From: Clostridiales bacterium
Lineage (GTDB): Bacteria; Bacillota; Clostridia; Lachnospirales; Lachnospiraceae
NCBI GenBank assembly: GCA_012839295.1
Contig: DUNO01000019.1
Coordinates: 52,682-116,681 of the forward strand
Length of the DNA: 64,000 nucleotides
Direction: 5' to 3'
The stretch's first letter is position 1; each line of letters starts with the position of its first letter. Under the pieces are notes generated by a model. The model ran no database searches. It was not told the DNA's origin and worked only from the letters and a program-made list of their open reading frames with translations. A program made the position numbers and the translations under genes. Of this stretch, positions 29,408-38,491 are shown piece by piece.

Positions 29408-30262
29408 ATGAATGATTTCTTAAACAAAATTCAAGGGGCTTATTCCGGGCTTACCAAGGCGGAAAAGAAGGTGGCAGATTATATATTAGATAACCCCAAG
29501 CAGGTAATCTTTATGTCCATCACAGACCTGGCGGCAGCCTGCGGGGTGGGAGACACAAGCGTGTTTCGTTTTTGCCGGACCATGGAGCTTAAAGGGTACC
29601 AGGAGTTTCGCATGCAGCTGTCCCTGAGCATGAGCAATGAGGAGGGGCTGGAAATCTCCGGAGGAACGCAGCCCATTAATCTGGCGGACTCCTTTGAGCT
29701 GTTGTCACAAAAGGTTATGCAAAATAATGTTAGCGCAATCAATGAGGCGTATTCCCTGCTAAAACCGGCAGAGATTGCGAGGGCAATGTATTATTTCGAG
29801 AAAGCGCAGCGGATCTATTTCTTTGGCGTTGGCACAAGCATGGTATCGGCCCTTGCGGCAATGAATAAGTTCCTTAAGATAACCCCGAAGGTACAATGCT
29901 TTACGGATTCCCATATGCAGGCCATGGCTGCTTCCATCCTGGCGCAGGATGACCTGGCAGTGGTGATATCCTATTCCGGCTCCAGTAAGGATACCATCCA
30001 GACGGCGAAGCTGGCAAAGGAAAACGGTGCAAAGGTGGTCAGCATCACCAGGCATGAGAAATCCCCCCTGACTGCCTATTCCGATATCACCATACTGTGC
30101 GGAGCCCATGAAGGGCCCTTTGAAGGGGGCTCTGCCTCTGCCCAGATGAGCATCCTATACCTGATTGACCTGCTGTATATGGAATATTATAAAAAATGTT
30201 ATGAAACCAGCGCTGTTAACAGCCAGAAGACCTCGGAATCAGTGCTGGACAAATTGTGCTGA
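29408..30262 (+). CDS. RpiR/MurR-family transcriptional regulator (HTH plus SIS), divergent from nagBA
   Basis: LTKAEKKVADYIL; SVFRFCRTMELKGYQEFR; FFGVGTS; ISYSGSSKDT. Confidence 0.92.
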   Translation: MNDFLNKIQGAYSGLTKAEKKVADYILDNPKQVIFMSITDLAAACGVGDTSVFRFCRTMELKGYQEFRMQLSLSMSNEEGLEISGGTQPINLADSFELLSQKVMQNNVSAINEAYSLLKPAEIARAMYYFEKAQRIYFFGVGTSMVSALAAMNKFLKITPKVQCFTDSHMQAMAASILAQDDLAVVISYSGSSKDTIQTAKLAKENGAKVVSITRHEKSPLTAYSDITILCGAHEGPFEGGSASAQMSILYLIDLLYMEYYKKCYETSAVNSQKTSESVLDKLC

Positions 30263-30539
30263 TGCTGTGTGATGCCTGCGGCTGCCTAAGGCGTGTCTGG
30301 AAACTCACTTGGCTCGGCACAGGCAGTTTTTAGCTACACCCTAAGCTTAGAATCTGATTAGATTCTATTGAAACCTATTGCAATTAAAAGCGGGGTGGCA
30401 TAAGATAATCCCATATAAATCTGACAATGATATAATATCGCCAGGTATTATATCGTGCGCCGGAGCAGAGCGGAGTGCGCAATCCTGGCACGAAGTGCCA
30501 TAGCATGTGGTTTGTACATGATATAATAGGAATGGAGAG

Positions 30540-30911
30540 ATGGGAATGGGATGTTTAGGCAATATGATATGGTTTCTGTGCGGAGGCCTGCTGAGCGGGC
30601 TTAGCTGGATACTGATGGGGATTTTATGGTGTATTACAATTGTTGGGATTCCGGTAGGTGCCCAGTGCTTCAAATTTGCAGAGCTTAGCTTTTTTCCTTT
30701 TGGGAAGGAAATCAGGTATGGCGGAGGAGCCGGATCCTTTTTGCTTAATGTAATCTGGATTCTGGTTACGGGTATTCCCCTGGCGATCGAGTCGGTTGTC
30801 CTGGGACTGATCCTGTGTGTAACAGTAATTGGCATACCCTTTGGCCTGCAGCATTTTAAGATAGCAAAGCTGGCTTTAATGCCTTTTGGCGCTACCATAG
30901 AAAGAATTTGA
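30540..30911 (+). CDS. YccF-domain membrane protein
   Basis: Two internal repeats CITIVGIPVGAQCFK / CVTVIGIPFGLQHFK; ends LMPFG. Confidence 0.88.
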   Translation: MGMGCLGNMIWFLCGGLLSGLSWILMGILWCITIVGIPVGAQCFKFAELSFFPFGKEIRYGGGAGSFLLNVIWILVTGIPLAIESVVLGLILCVTVIGIPFGLQHFKIAKLALMPFGATIERI

Positions 30912-30984
30912 CAGGATTATTGCACAGTTTCACTCAGAGTAGACAGTGCACTGGGTTATTGGAACAGGAAAGGTGTGAGTAAGG

Positions 30985-32109
30985 ATGGATCTAAATTTTT
31001 ATATGCCCACCAAGGTAATCATGGGAAGGGGCTGCATCACAAAACAGGCCGCATTGCTAAAGGAATACGGCACAAGGGCTCTTATTGTTACCGGGATGAA
31101 TTCAGCAAAAACAAATGGCTCCTTACAGGATGTAACGGAGGCCTTACAGGGCCAGGGGATAGCCTATGATTTATTTGACCGGGTCATGGCAAACCCTACG
31201 GTGGCCTGTGTCTATGAAGGAGCCGCTTATGCCAGGGAAAAGCAGTCGGATTTCATCATCGGAATCGGCGGCGGATCCCCGATGGATGCGGCGAAGGCGA
31301 TTGCCCTCCTTGCGGTACAGGATATCCCGGAGGAAGAGGTATTCCTGGGGAAATTTGCCCAGCAGGCCCTGCCCTTGGTCCTGGTTCCTACGACGGCCGG
31401 AACAGGCTCAGAGGTTACCCCCTATGCCATTTTAACCAATACTGCGGGGCAGACGAAGACAAGCATAGCATCCCCTGCGGCCTTTCCGAAGCTGGCACTG
31501 CTGGATGCCCAATATATGAAGGCTTTATCCATGGAGGTCACCATCAATACTGCCATAGATGCCCTCTCCCATGCAATCGAAGGAATGCTGTCCGTCAGGG
31601 CTACAAGGATAAGCGACAGTATCGCCCGGCAGAGTATACAGGCGATTGTACCAAGCCTGGTTACCCTGTCACCGGATTATAATAAGCCTGCCTCCGAAAT
31701 ACCGGCACAGGTCCGGGAAATGCTATTATATGGTTCCATGCTGGCAGGGGTTGTAATATCCCATACGGGCACGACGGCGGTACATTCCATGGGGTATTCC
31801 CTGACCTATTTTAAAAATATCGACCATGGGCGGGCGAACGGCCTTCTGCTGCCAAGCTTTTTAAGGTTTGTAATGAAAAAGGAAGCGGCTGTGGTAAACC
31901 AGATCCTGTCAGCGATGTCCTTTTCTTCCCTGGATGATTTGGAGGCGCTGTTCTTAAGGCTGTTAGGGGAAAGGGAGCGGATTACGGTACAGGATGTTGA
32001 AAAATATGCAGGAATTGCAATTAAGGCAAAGAACATAATGAATTCGAAGGTGGTACCGGAGAGGGAAGATTTAATCCGGATGTATGAAAGAAGCTTAAAT
32101 ATAGTATAA
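30985..32109 (+). CDS. Iron-containing alcohol dehydrogenase
   Basis: IGGGSPMDAAK; PTTAGTGSEVT; DALSHAIEG; HSMGY; HGRANG. Confidence 0.92.
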   Translation: MDLNFYMPTKVIMGRGCITKQAALLKEYGTRALIVTGMNSAKTNGSLQDVTEALQGQGIAYDLFDRVMANPTVACVYEGAAYAREKQSDFIIGIGGGSPMDAAKAIALLAVQDIPEEEVFLGKFAQQALPLVLVPTTAGTGSEVTPYAILTNTAGQTKTSIASPAAFPKLALLDAQYMKALSMEVTINTAIDALSHAIEGMLSVRATRISDSIARQSIQAIVPSLVTLSPDYNKPASEIPAQVREMLLYGSMLAGVVISHTGTTAVHSMGYSLTYFKNIDHGRANGLLLPSFLRFVMKKEAAVVNQILSAMSFSSLDDLEALFLRLLGERERITVQDVEKYAGIAIKAKNIMNSKVVPEREDLIRMYERSLNIV

Positions 32110-32143
32110 GGCTGCATAAGGTTGCAAAGATTGATAAATGATA

Positions 32144-32226
32144 TTGACAAATGGATAGTCCTGCTGTTATTATCATAGATAATGTGGGCAAAGGCGTTCC
32201 TGTAAGGAGACTTTGCCCATTTTTTT
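32144..32226 (+). promoter_or_regulatory. glnA promoter plus leader terminator with an ANTAR-like hairpin overlapping its 5' arm
   Basis: TTGACA (32144) and TG-T-TATTAT. Terminator TGGGCAAAG/CTTTGCCCA with T7. Alternative hairpin GGGC-AAAGGC-GTTC has A1/G4 in the loop. Confidence 0.6.
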
Positions 32227-32315
32227 AAGCAAAAAAGGTGTGGCTTAACTGCCATAATGGTTTGAAAGGGTGTTAGCAGCCCCGGTTCCAACAATATGAG
32301 TGAGGAGTGAACGAT

Positions 32316-33647
32316 ATGAAAAACTATACCAAGAAGGATATCATGAAGCTGGTGGAAGAAGACGACGTGGAATTTATCCGCCTGCAATTTACTGACATGT
32401 TTGGCAATCTGAAGAATGTAGCAATAACGACCAGCCAGTTGGAGAAGGCTTTAAATAATGAATGCATGTTTGACGGCTCCTCAATCGAAGGCTTTGTACG
32501 TATCGAGGAATCGGATATGTTCCTGTATCCGGACCTGGATACTTATGTAACCTTCCCCTGGAGACCCCAGCAGGGCAAGGTGGCGCGCCTTATCTGTGAT
32601 GTGTATGATACGGACAGGAAGCCCTTTGAAGGGGATCCGAGATACGCCTTGAAGAAAGTGCTTAAGGAAGCTGCCAGCATGGGCTATACCTTTGACGTGG
32701 GGCCGGAACTGGAATTCTTCCTGTTCCAGTTGGAGGAGAATGGTAACCCCACGACCATTACCCATGAAAGAGCCGGATATTTTGACCTGGGGCCTCTCGA
32801 TTTCGGGGAAAATGCAAGGAGGGATATGGTGCTCACCATGGAGGAGATGGGGTTAAAAATTGATGCTTCCCACCATGAGGTAGCGCCGGCCCAGCATGAA
32901 ATTGATATCAAGCACACGGATGCCCTGGCGGCTGCGGACAGCGTCATGACCTTTAAGCTGGTTGCCCGCACCATTGCGAAGCGCCATGGCCTGCATGCGA
33001 CCTTTATGCCGAAGCCAAACTATGGAGTGGACGGCTCGGGAATGCATATTAATATATCCTTGAAGAAGGATGGGAAAAATTTGTTTGATTGTCCTGAGGA
33101 TCCGTTGGGACTTAGCCGGGAGGCGTACCAGTTCATAGCGGGAATCATGAAGCACATGGAGAGTATGGCGGCCATTACGAATCCTATCGTGAATTCCTAT
33201 AAGAGGCTCGTTCCAAATTATGAAGCCCCGGTTTATATTGCCTGGTCAGCCTCCAATAGAAGTCCCCTGATCCGTATTCCCGCCGGAAGAGGCGAAGCAG
33301 CCAGGATCGAGCTGAGATGCCCGGATTCGGCAGCTAACCCTTACCTTGCCCTGGCGGTGTGCCTTGCCGCAGGCCTGGATGGCATTAAGAATAAGCTGAC
33401 GCCCCCTGACAGCGTGGACAGGAACCTTTTTGAGTTATCCCGGGAGGAAAGGGAAAGCCTCGGCGTTAGAAGACTTCCCTCCACCCTCTGTGAAGCGGTC
33501 GACGCGATGGAAAAGAGTGATTTTATCAAGGAAATCCTTGGCGGACATATCAGTGAAAAATACATCGAGGCAAAGCGTTCTGAATGGGCAGCATACCGGG
33601 ACCAGGTAACCCAATGGGAGATCGACCAATATCTCTACCGGATTTAG
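32316..33647 (+). CDS. glnA: Glutamine synthetase type I
   Basis: [10 protein letters not shown]; FDGSSIEGF; [12 protein letters not shown]; ATFMPKP; GSGMH; [11 protein letters not shown]; NRSPLIRIP; ELRCPD. Confidence 0.97.
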   Translation: MKNYTKKDIMKLVEEDDVEFIRLQFTDMFGNLKNVAITTSQLEKALNNECMFDGSSIEGFVRIEESDMFLYPDLDTYVTFPWRPQQGKVARLICDVYDTDRKPFEGDPRYALKKVLKEAASMGYTFDVGPELEFFLFQLEENGNPTTITHERAGYFDLGPLDFGENARRDMVLTMEEMGLKIDASHHEVAPAQHEIDIKHTDALAAADSVMTFKLVARTIAKRHGLHATFMPKPNYGVDGSGMHINISLKKDGKNLFDCPEDPLGLSREAYQFIAGIMKHMESMAAITNPIVNSYKRLVPNYEAPVYIAWSASNRSPLIRIPAGRGEAARIELRCPDSAANPYLALAVCLAAGLDGIKNKLTPPDSVDRNLFELSREERESLGVRRLPSTLCEAVDAMEKSDFIKEILGGHISEKYIEAKRSEWAAYRDQVTQWEIDQYLYRI

Positions 33648-33698
33648 TCTGTTTCATCTCGAATCGATATTTTTTAAGGGGAAAAGAGGTGAACAGAT

Positions 33699-34247
33699 GT
33701 GTTTAGCATAATAGTAGGATTTCCGAGGACAGAAGATGCAAATAGTATTAAGAATGCCATAAGCAGAAATGGCTTTACGGTAAGTGAAGCCTGCACGACC
33801 GGAGCCCAAATTGTATCCCTGGCCAATGATTTGGATGAAGGTATCGTCGTATGCGGCTACCGGTTTCCTGACATGCACTATAGCGAACTGAATAATTATT
33901 TACCGAAGGGCTTTGAAATGCTTTTGATTGCTTCGCCGGAAAAGCTGGAGTTTCGCCAGAATAATAATATCGTCTGTTTACCCATGCCGATCAAGACCCA
34001 TGACCTGCTTAACACACTGCAGATGATGTCCTACCAATACCAAAGGAGAAAGAAAAAGGAGAAGGAGAAGCCAAGGCAGCGGAGCGAGGAAGAGAAGGCT
34101 GTGATCCAAAAGGCTAAGCATGTGCTGATGGAGAGGAATAATATGACGGAGGAGGAGGCGCACCGCTATTTGCAGAAAACGAGTATGGATAGTGGGACCA
34201 ATCTTGTGGAAATGGCGGAGATGGTGTTAAAGATGTATTATATGTAG
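33699..34247 (+). CDS. ANTAR-domain RNA-binding antiterminator (NitR-like)
   Basis: GTG start; degenerate receiver-like N-terminus; C-terminal IQKAKHVLMERNNMTEEEAHRYLQKTSMD; directly downstream of glnA as in clostridial glnA-nitR loci. Confidence 0.88.
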   Translation: MFSIIVGFPRTEDANSIKNAISRNGFTVSEACTTGAQIVSLANDLDEGIVVCGYRFPDMHYSELNNYLPKGFEMLLIASPEKLEFRQNNNIVCLPMPIKTHDLLNTLQMMSYQYQRRKKKEKEKPRQRSEEEKAVIQKAKHVLMERNNMTEEEAHRYLQKTSMDSGTNLVEMAEMVLKMYYM

Positions 34248-34407
34248 TGGAGTAATTTGGGAAGGGGCTGTGGCATCTCATTTGGACGGATTTGAGAGGG
34301 GTGCCACAGCCCATTATAAAATTGGGCTTTACCCGGATGGTTGTTTTTGCTATAATGGCATAGCTATCATAATATTTAATAATTATGCAGAAAGGCAGGT
34401 GCTCTGT

Positions 34408-35241
34408 GTGAAGTTTACGAAAATGCATGGGTGCGGCAACGATTATGTCTATGTGGATTGTACCAAAGGCATGTTGGAGGATGTTCCGGAAATTGCGGTT
34501 AAAATCAGTGACAGGCATTTCGGCGTCGGTTCGGATGGATTAATCCTGATCCGGCCTTCAGAAACGGCTGATTTTATGATGGATATGTATAATAATGACG
34601 GATCCCGGGGTAAAATGTGCGGGAATGGAATCCGTTGTGTTGCTAAATATGTGTATGATAAGGGGCTTACAGATAAACAGAAGCTCAGGATAGAGACTTT
34701 AAGCGGAATTAAGGAGCTTAGCCTGGATGTGGAAGAGGGAAAGGTGATAAGCGTCACTGTGGATATGGGCGCACCGGTTACGGAGCCTTCCTTGATCCCT
34801 GTGGTTTCCGATAAGGATATGCTGGTTGCTGAACCGGTTCTTATCGATGGGACAGAGTATCGGGTGACCTGTGTATCAATGGGTAACCCCCATGCCGTTG
34901 TATTTGTGGAGGATACGAAGAAGGTACCTATGGAAGCCATAGGACCTATGTTTGAACATCATGAGATGTTCCCGGAGCGGGTGAACACGGAGTTTATCCA
35001 CGTGGTTGACCGCCAGAACATTGAGATGAGGGTTTGGGAGCGTGGCTCCGGCGAGACCCTGGCCTGTGGGACGGGAGCATGTGCCAGTGTTGTGGCATGC
35101 GTTTTAAATGGCTTTACGGAGCCTGAGGTTACGGTTAAGCTGCTGGGCGGTGAGCTGAAGATCCGCTATGACCAGGAAAAGAATAAAGTTTTTATGACGG
35201 GACCGGCGGTCAAGGTCTTTGATGGGGAAATAGAGCTGTAA
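34408..35241 (+). CDS. dapF: Diaminopimelate epimerase
   Basis: KFTKMHGCGNDY; DRHFGVGSDG; MCGNGIRC; SMGNPH; ERGSGETLACGTGA. Confidence 0.96.
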   Translation: MKFTKMHGCGNDYVYVDCTKGMLEDVPEIAVKISDRHFGVGSDGLILIRPSETADFMMDMYNNDGSRGKMCGNGIRCVAKYVYDKGLTDKQKLRIETLSGIKELSLDVEEGKVISVTVDMGAPVTEPSLIPVVSDKDMLVAEPVLIDGTEYRVTCVSMGNPHAVVFVEDTKKVPMEAIGPMFEHHEMFPERVNTEFIHVVDRQNIEMRVWERGSGETLACGTGACASVVACVLNGFTEPEVTVKLLGGELKIRYDQEKNKVFMTGPAVKVFDGEIEL

Positions 35242-35311
35242 TGCAATTATAGTACTATATAAGAATAAAAAGGAAGGATAGATTCTTCCCATAGAAAGGT
35301 ATGGTTATCAT

Positions 35312-36529
35312 ATGTTTAAGATTAACGAGAATTATTTGAAACTCCCTGGAAGCTATCTGTTTTCAACGATCGGTAAAAAGGTTAGAGAATTCAGTGAGGC
35401 TAATCCGGACAAGAAAATCATCCGTTTAGGCATCGGGGATGTGACCCTTCCCCTTGCTCCTTCTGTAATCAGTGCACTGCACAATGCGGTGGATGAGATG
35501 GCGGAGAAGGCTTCCTTTAAGGGATATGCGCCGGATCTGGGATATGAGTTTTTACGCCAGGCAATTGCGGAGCATGATTTTAAGGCCAGGGGCGTGACGG
35601 TTGCGGTGGATGAGATTTTCGTAAGTGACGGAGCGAAGAGTGATTCCGGCAATATCCAGGAAATCTTTGATGTCAGCAGTAAGATTGCCGTCTGCGATCC
35701 GGTATACCCTGTCTATGTGGATTCTAATGTTATGGCGGGCAGAACAGGGGATTATATTGCAGAGACCGGAAGATGGACAAATGTAATCTATATGCCCTGC
35801 ACGAAGGAAAATAATTTTGCGCCGGAGCTTCCGAAGGAGACGCCGGACCTTATCTATCTGTGCTTCCCCAACAACCCTACGGGATCAACAATTACAAAGG
35901 ACGGGCTGCAAAAATGGGTTGATTACGCAAATGAGGCCGGGGCTGTGATTATTTATGATGCGGCCTATGAGGCATATATTTCGGAGGAGAATGTCCCCCA
36001 TACGATTTATGAGTGTGAGGGTGCGAAGACCTGTGCAATTGAGATCCGGAGCTATTCCAAGAATGCCGGGTTCACGGGGACAAGGCTTGGCTACACCGTT
36101 GTGCCCAAGGAATTAAAATGCGGTGATGTATCCCTTAACAGCCTGTGGGCGAGACGCCATGGTACGAAATTTAACGGGGCTCCTTATATCATACAGGCTG
36201 CCGGTGCAGCAATTTATACGGAAGCAGGAAGACGTGAGACAAAGGAGCAGATCGCTTATTATATGAATAATGCGAAGATAATCCGTGAAGGCTTGAAGGC
36301 AGCAGGCTATACGGTATCCGGCGGTGTCAACGCTCCATATATCTGGATGGAGACACCAAATGGCATGACCTCCTGGGAATTCTTTGATTATTTATTAGAG
36401 AAGGCAAATGTGGTGGGAACGCCGGGCTCAGGCTTTGGACCAAGCGGTGAGGGATATTTCCGCCTGACCTCCTTTGGTACCTATGAGAGCACTCTGGAGG
36501 CAGTTGAGAGAATTAAGAAGTTAAAATAG
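35312..36529 (+). CDS. dapL: LL-diaminopimelate aminotransferase
   Basis: [10 protein letters not shown]; LGIGDVT; SDGAKSD; DPVYPVYVD; FPNNPTG; [14 protein letters not shown]; GTPGSGFG. Confidence 0.95.
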   Translation: MFKINENYLKLPGSYLFSTIGKKVREFSEANPDKKIIRLGIGDVTLPLAPSVISALHNAVDEMAEKASFKGYAPDLGYEFLRQAIAEHDFKARGVTVAVDEIFVSDGAKSDSGNIQEIFDVSSKIAVCDPVYPVYVDSNVMAGRTGDYIAETGRWTNVIYMPCTKENNFAPELPKETPDLIYLCFPNNPTGSTITKDGLQKWVDYANEAGAVIIYDAAYEAYISEENVPHTIYECEGAKTCAIEIRSYSKNAGFTGTRLGYTVVPKELKCGDVSLNSLWARRHGTKFNGAPYIIQAAGAAIYTEAGRRETKEQIAYYMNNAKIIREGLKAAGYTVSGGVNAPYIWMETPNGMTSWEFFDYLLEKANVVGTPGSGFGPSGEGYFRLTSFGTYESTLEAVERIKKLK

Positions 36530-36548
36530 TCCCTTTTTTATTTAGTTG

Positions 36549-36605
36549 TTGACAACGGGAAGAGAGAATAGTATATTCTAATTATGATACACCCCCACAG
36601 GGGGT
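36549..36605 (+). promoter_or_regulatory. copZ-csoR promoter with GC-rich CsoR-type operator
   Basis: TTGACA-N17-TATATT; inverted repeat ACCCCC-ACA-GGGGGT at 36591-36605, resembling CsoR operators. Confidence 0.65.
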
Positions 36606-36627
36606 GGGTGATAAAAGGAGTGACAAT

Positions 36628-36858
36628 ATGAAGAAGATAATTGAGATTAACGGCATGAGCTGTGAGCATTGCCAGGCAAGGGTAGAAAAGGCATTGAATG
36701 GAATTGATGGTGTCAGCGCAAAGGTGGAATTAAAGAAGAACCGTGCCGTAGTTAACCTTGCAAATGAAAGCGTCAATGACGAGGCCTTAAAGGAAGCGGT
36801 AACAGAAGCTGGTTATGAGGTTGTATCCATCACGGAGAAGAAGGGGTTATTCTCTTAA
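36628..36858 (+). CDS. copZ: Copper chaperone (HMA domain)
   Basis: GMSCEHC metal-binding motif; ends EAGYEV; start after AAGGAG. Confidence 0.88.
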   Translation: MKKIIEINGMSCEHCQARVEKALNGIDGVSAKVELKKNRAVVNLANESVNDEALKEAVTEAGYEVVSITEKKGLFS

Positions 36859-36883
36859 GCTTTAAATTTATTGGAGGAAGGCT

Positions 36884-37147
36884 ATGAAAGCTGACAAGCA
36901 AAAGTTGGACCGCCTGTTAAAAACAGCAAGAGGACAGATTGACGGAATCCTGAAGATGATTGAGGATGACCGGTACTGTGTCGAGATAGCGAACCAGATC
37001 ATTGCAACGGAGGCCATCCTCCATAAGGCAAACAGGGAGGTGCTTCACGCGCACATTGATGTCTGTCTGAAAGAAGCAATAGATTCCGGTAATGCAGAGG
37101 AAAAGCTGCAGGAAATCAGGGGCATTATTGACAGGCTGACGAAATAG
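36884..37147 (+). CDS. csoR: CsoR/RcnR-family metal-sensing repressor
   Basis: RLLKTARGQIDGILKMIEDDRYC..QI; HAHIDVCL (C-H-C ligands). Confidence 0.88.
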   Translation: MKADKQKLDRLLKTARGQIDGILKMIEDDRYCVEIANQIIATEAILHKANREVLHAHIDVCLKEAIDSGNAEEKLQEIRGIIDRLTK

Positions 37148-37188
37148 GACTGACAGATTTTTTTTGTTTTAACAAAATTTAGACCATG

Positions 37189-37229
37189 GGGTATCTGATA
37201 GTTTTTTTAAAATCGGATACCCTATTTTT
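37189..37229 (+). terminator. Intrinsic terminator after csoR
   Basis: GGGTATCTGAT / ATCGGATACCC stem followed by TATTTTT. Confidence 0.55.
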
Positions 37230-37443
37230 GAATAGCTGATGAAGAGAAAAATTTAATTGCTTGGATGAAGGATAACAGGTTTATTCTGCCAAAAAAGAGC
37301 AATCCTTAAAGAAAGAGCAATTCATAAAGGAAGGATACAGGCCTTTAGGAATGTTATTTGATAAATTTTGTATAAAATGCTATAATTTGATATATTTCTA
37401 AATAAAACAACATGCTATTTTAGCAATGGAATGGAGACAAAAG

Positions 37444-38472
37444 ATGATATATCCGAAGAGTTTGGAAAAAGGGTGCCGGATTGGAGTGACCGCACCCTCA
37501 GCGGGATTCGTTGATGAGATTGATTTGGTGCGCCTGGAAAGCGGGATAAAGCATTTTGAAGACCTGGGCTATCCGGTGGTAGTGACGGACAACGTAAGGA
37601 GGCAGGAAAAGGGAAGAAGCTCGGATGGCGTGACAAGGGCCGGCCAATTACGTGAGTTGTTCCTTGACCCGGAGGTGGGGGCAATCATTGCCGCAAGCGG
37701 CGGGGATTACCTGGTGGAAATGTTGCCACATGTTGATTTTGGGATAATTAGAAAAAATCCTAAATGGATTCAGGGATATTCCGACATTACGGGAATATTA
37801 TTTACAATAACAACTAATTTAGATATGGCAACCCTGTATGCCAATAATTTTGGAACCTTTGGAATGAAGGAATGGCATAGCTCCCTGTGGGATAATCTTA
37901 AGATCCTGGAGGGCGGGGATATAGAGCAGGAAAGCTTTGATAAATTCCAGGATGGCTTTAAGCCGAGGGTTACGGGCTTTGAAGGCTTTGAACTGGAAAA
38001 AGAGGTCAATTGGGTGAATATCTATCCGAAAGGATGGGAGCCCGGCACGGAGCTTGCCTTAAGTGGGCGTGCACTCGGTGGCTGTCTTGATGTGCTGCTA
38101 AACCTGGTTGGAACCAGGTTTGATAAGACAAGGGAGTTTATTAAACGGTACCAGGAGGATAAAATTGTATGGTTTTTGGAAAGCTTTGATCTGGGGAGCG
38201 AGGCATTAGTCCGGGGGCTGTGGCAGCTGAAGGAAGCGGGCTGGTTTGAGCATGCGGCAGGTTTTATCTTTGGGCGGCCGGCCATGTACCGCTCGGATAC
38301 GGACACTACCTATGCTGAGACTGTCCAGGCCGTACTTGGCTCCCTTGGGGTACCGGTTATTTTAGATGCGGACATCGGCCATAAGCCGCCGCAGTTTACC
38401 ATGATTAACGGCGCACTGGTCCATATCAGCAGCCGGCATGGTAAAGGCAGGATTTTATTCAGACGAAAATAA
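37444..38472 (+). CDS. S66-family LD-carboxypeptidase (MccF/LdcA-like)
   Basis: IGVTAPS; ASGGDY; PKWIQGYSDIT (catalytic Ser); GGCL; FLE; DIGH. Confidence 0.9.
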   Translation: MIYPKSLEKGCRIGVTAPSAGFVDEIDLVRLESGIKHFEDLGYPVVVTDNVRRQEKGRSSDGVTRAGQLRELFLDPEVGAIIAASGGDYLVEMLPHVDFGIIRKNPKWIQGYSDITGILFTITTNLDMATLYANNFGTFGMKEWHSSLWDNLKILEGGDIEQESFDKFQDGFKPRVTGFEGFELEKEVNWVNIYPKGWEPGTELALSGRALGGCLDVLLNLVGTRFDKTREFIKRYQEDKIVWFLESFDLGSEALVRGLWQLKEAGWFEHAAGFIFGRPAMYRSDTDTTYAETVQAVLGSLGVPVILDADIGHKPPQFTMINGALVHISSRHGKGRILFRRK

Positions 38473-38491
38473 AGATTTGGGGGCATTATAA

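Noticed and set aside
30486-30500. TGGCAC-GAA-GTGCCA upstream of the YccF gene as a sigma54 promoter
   Set aside because: The -12 TTGC element is missing. It is a short perfect palindrome that may be an operator, but evidence is too thin.
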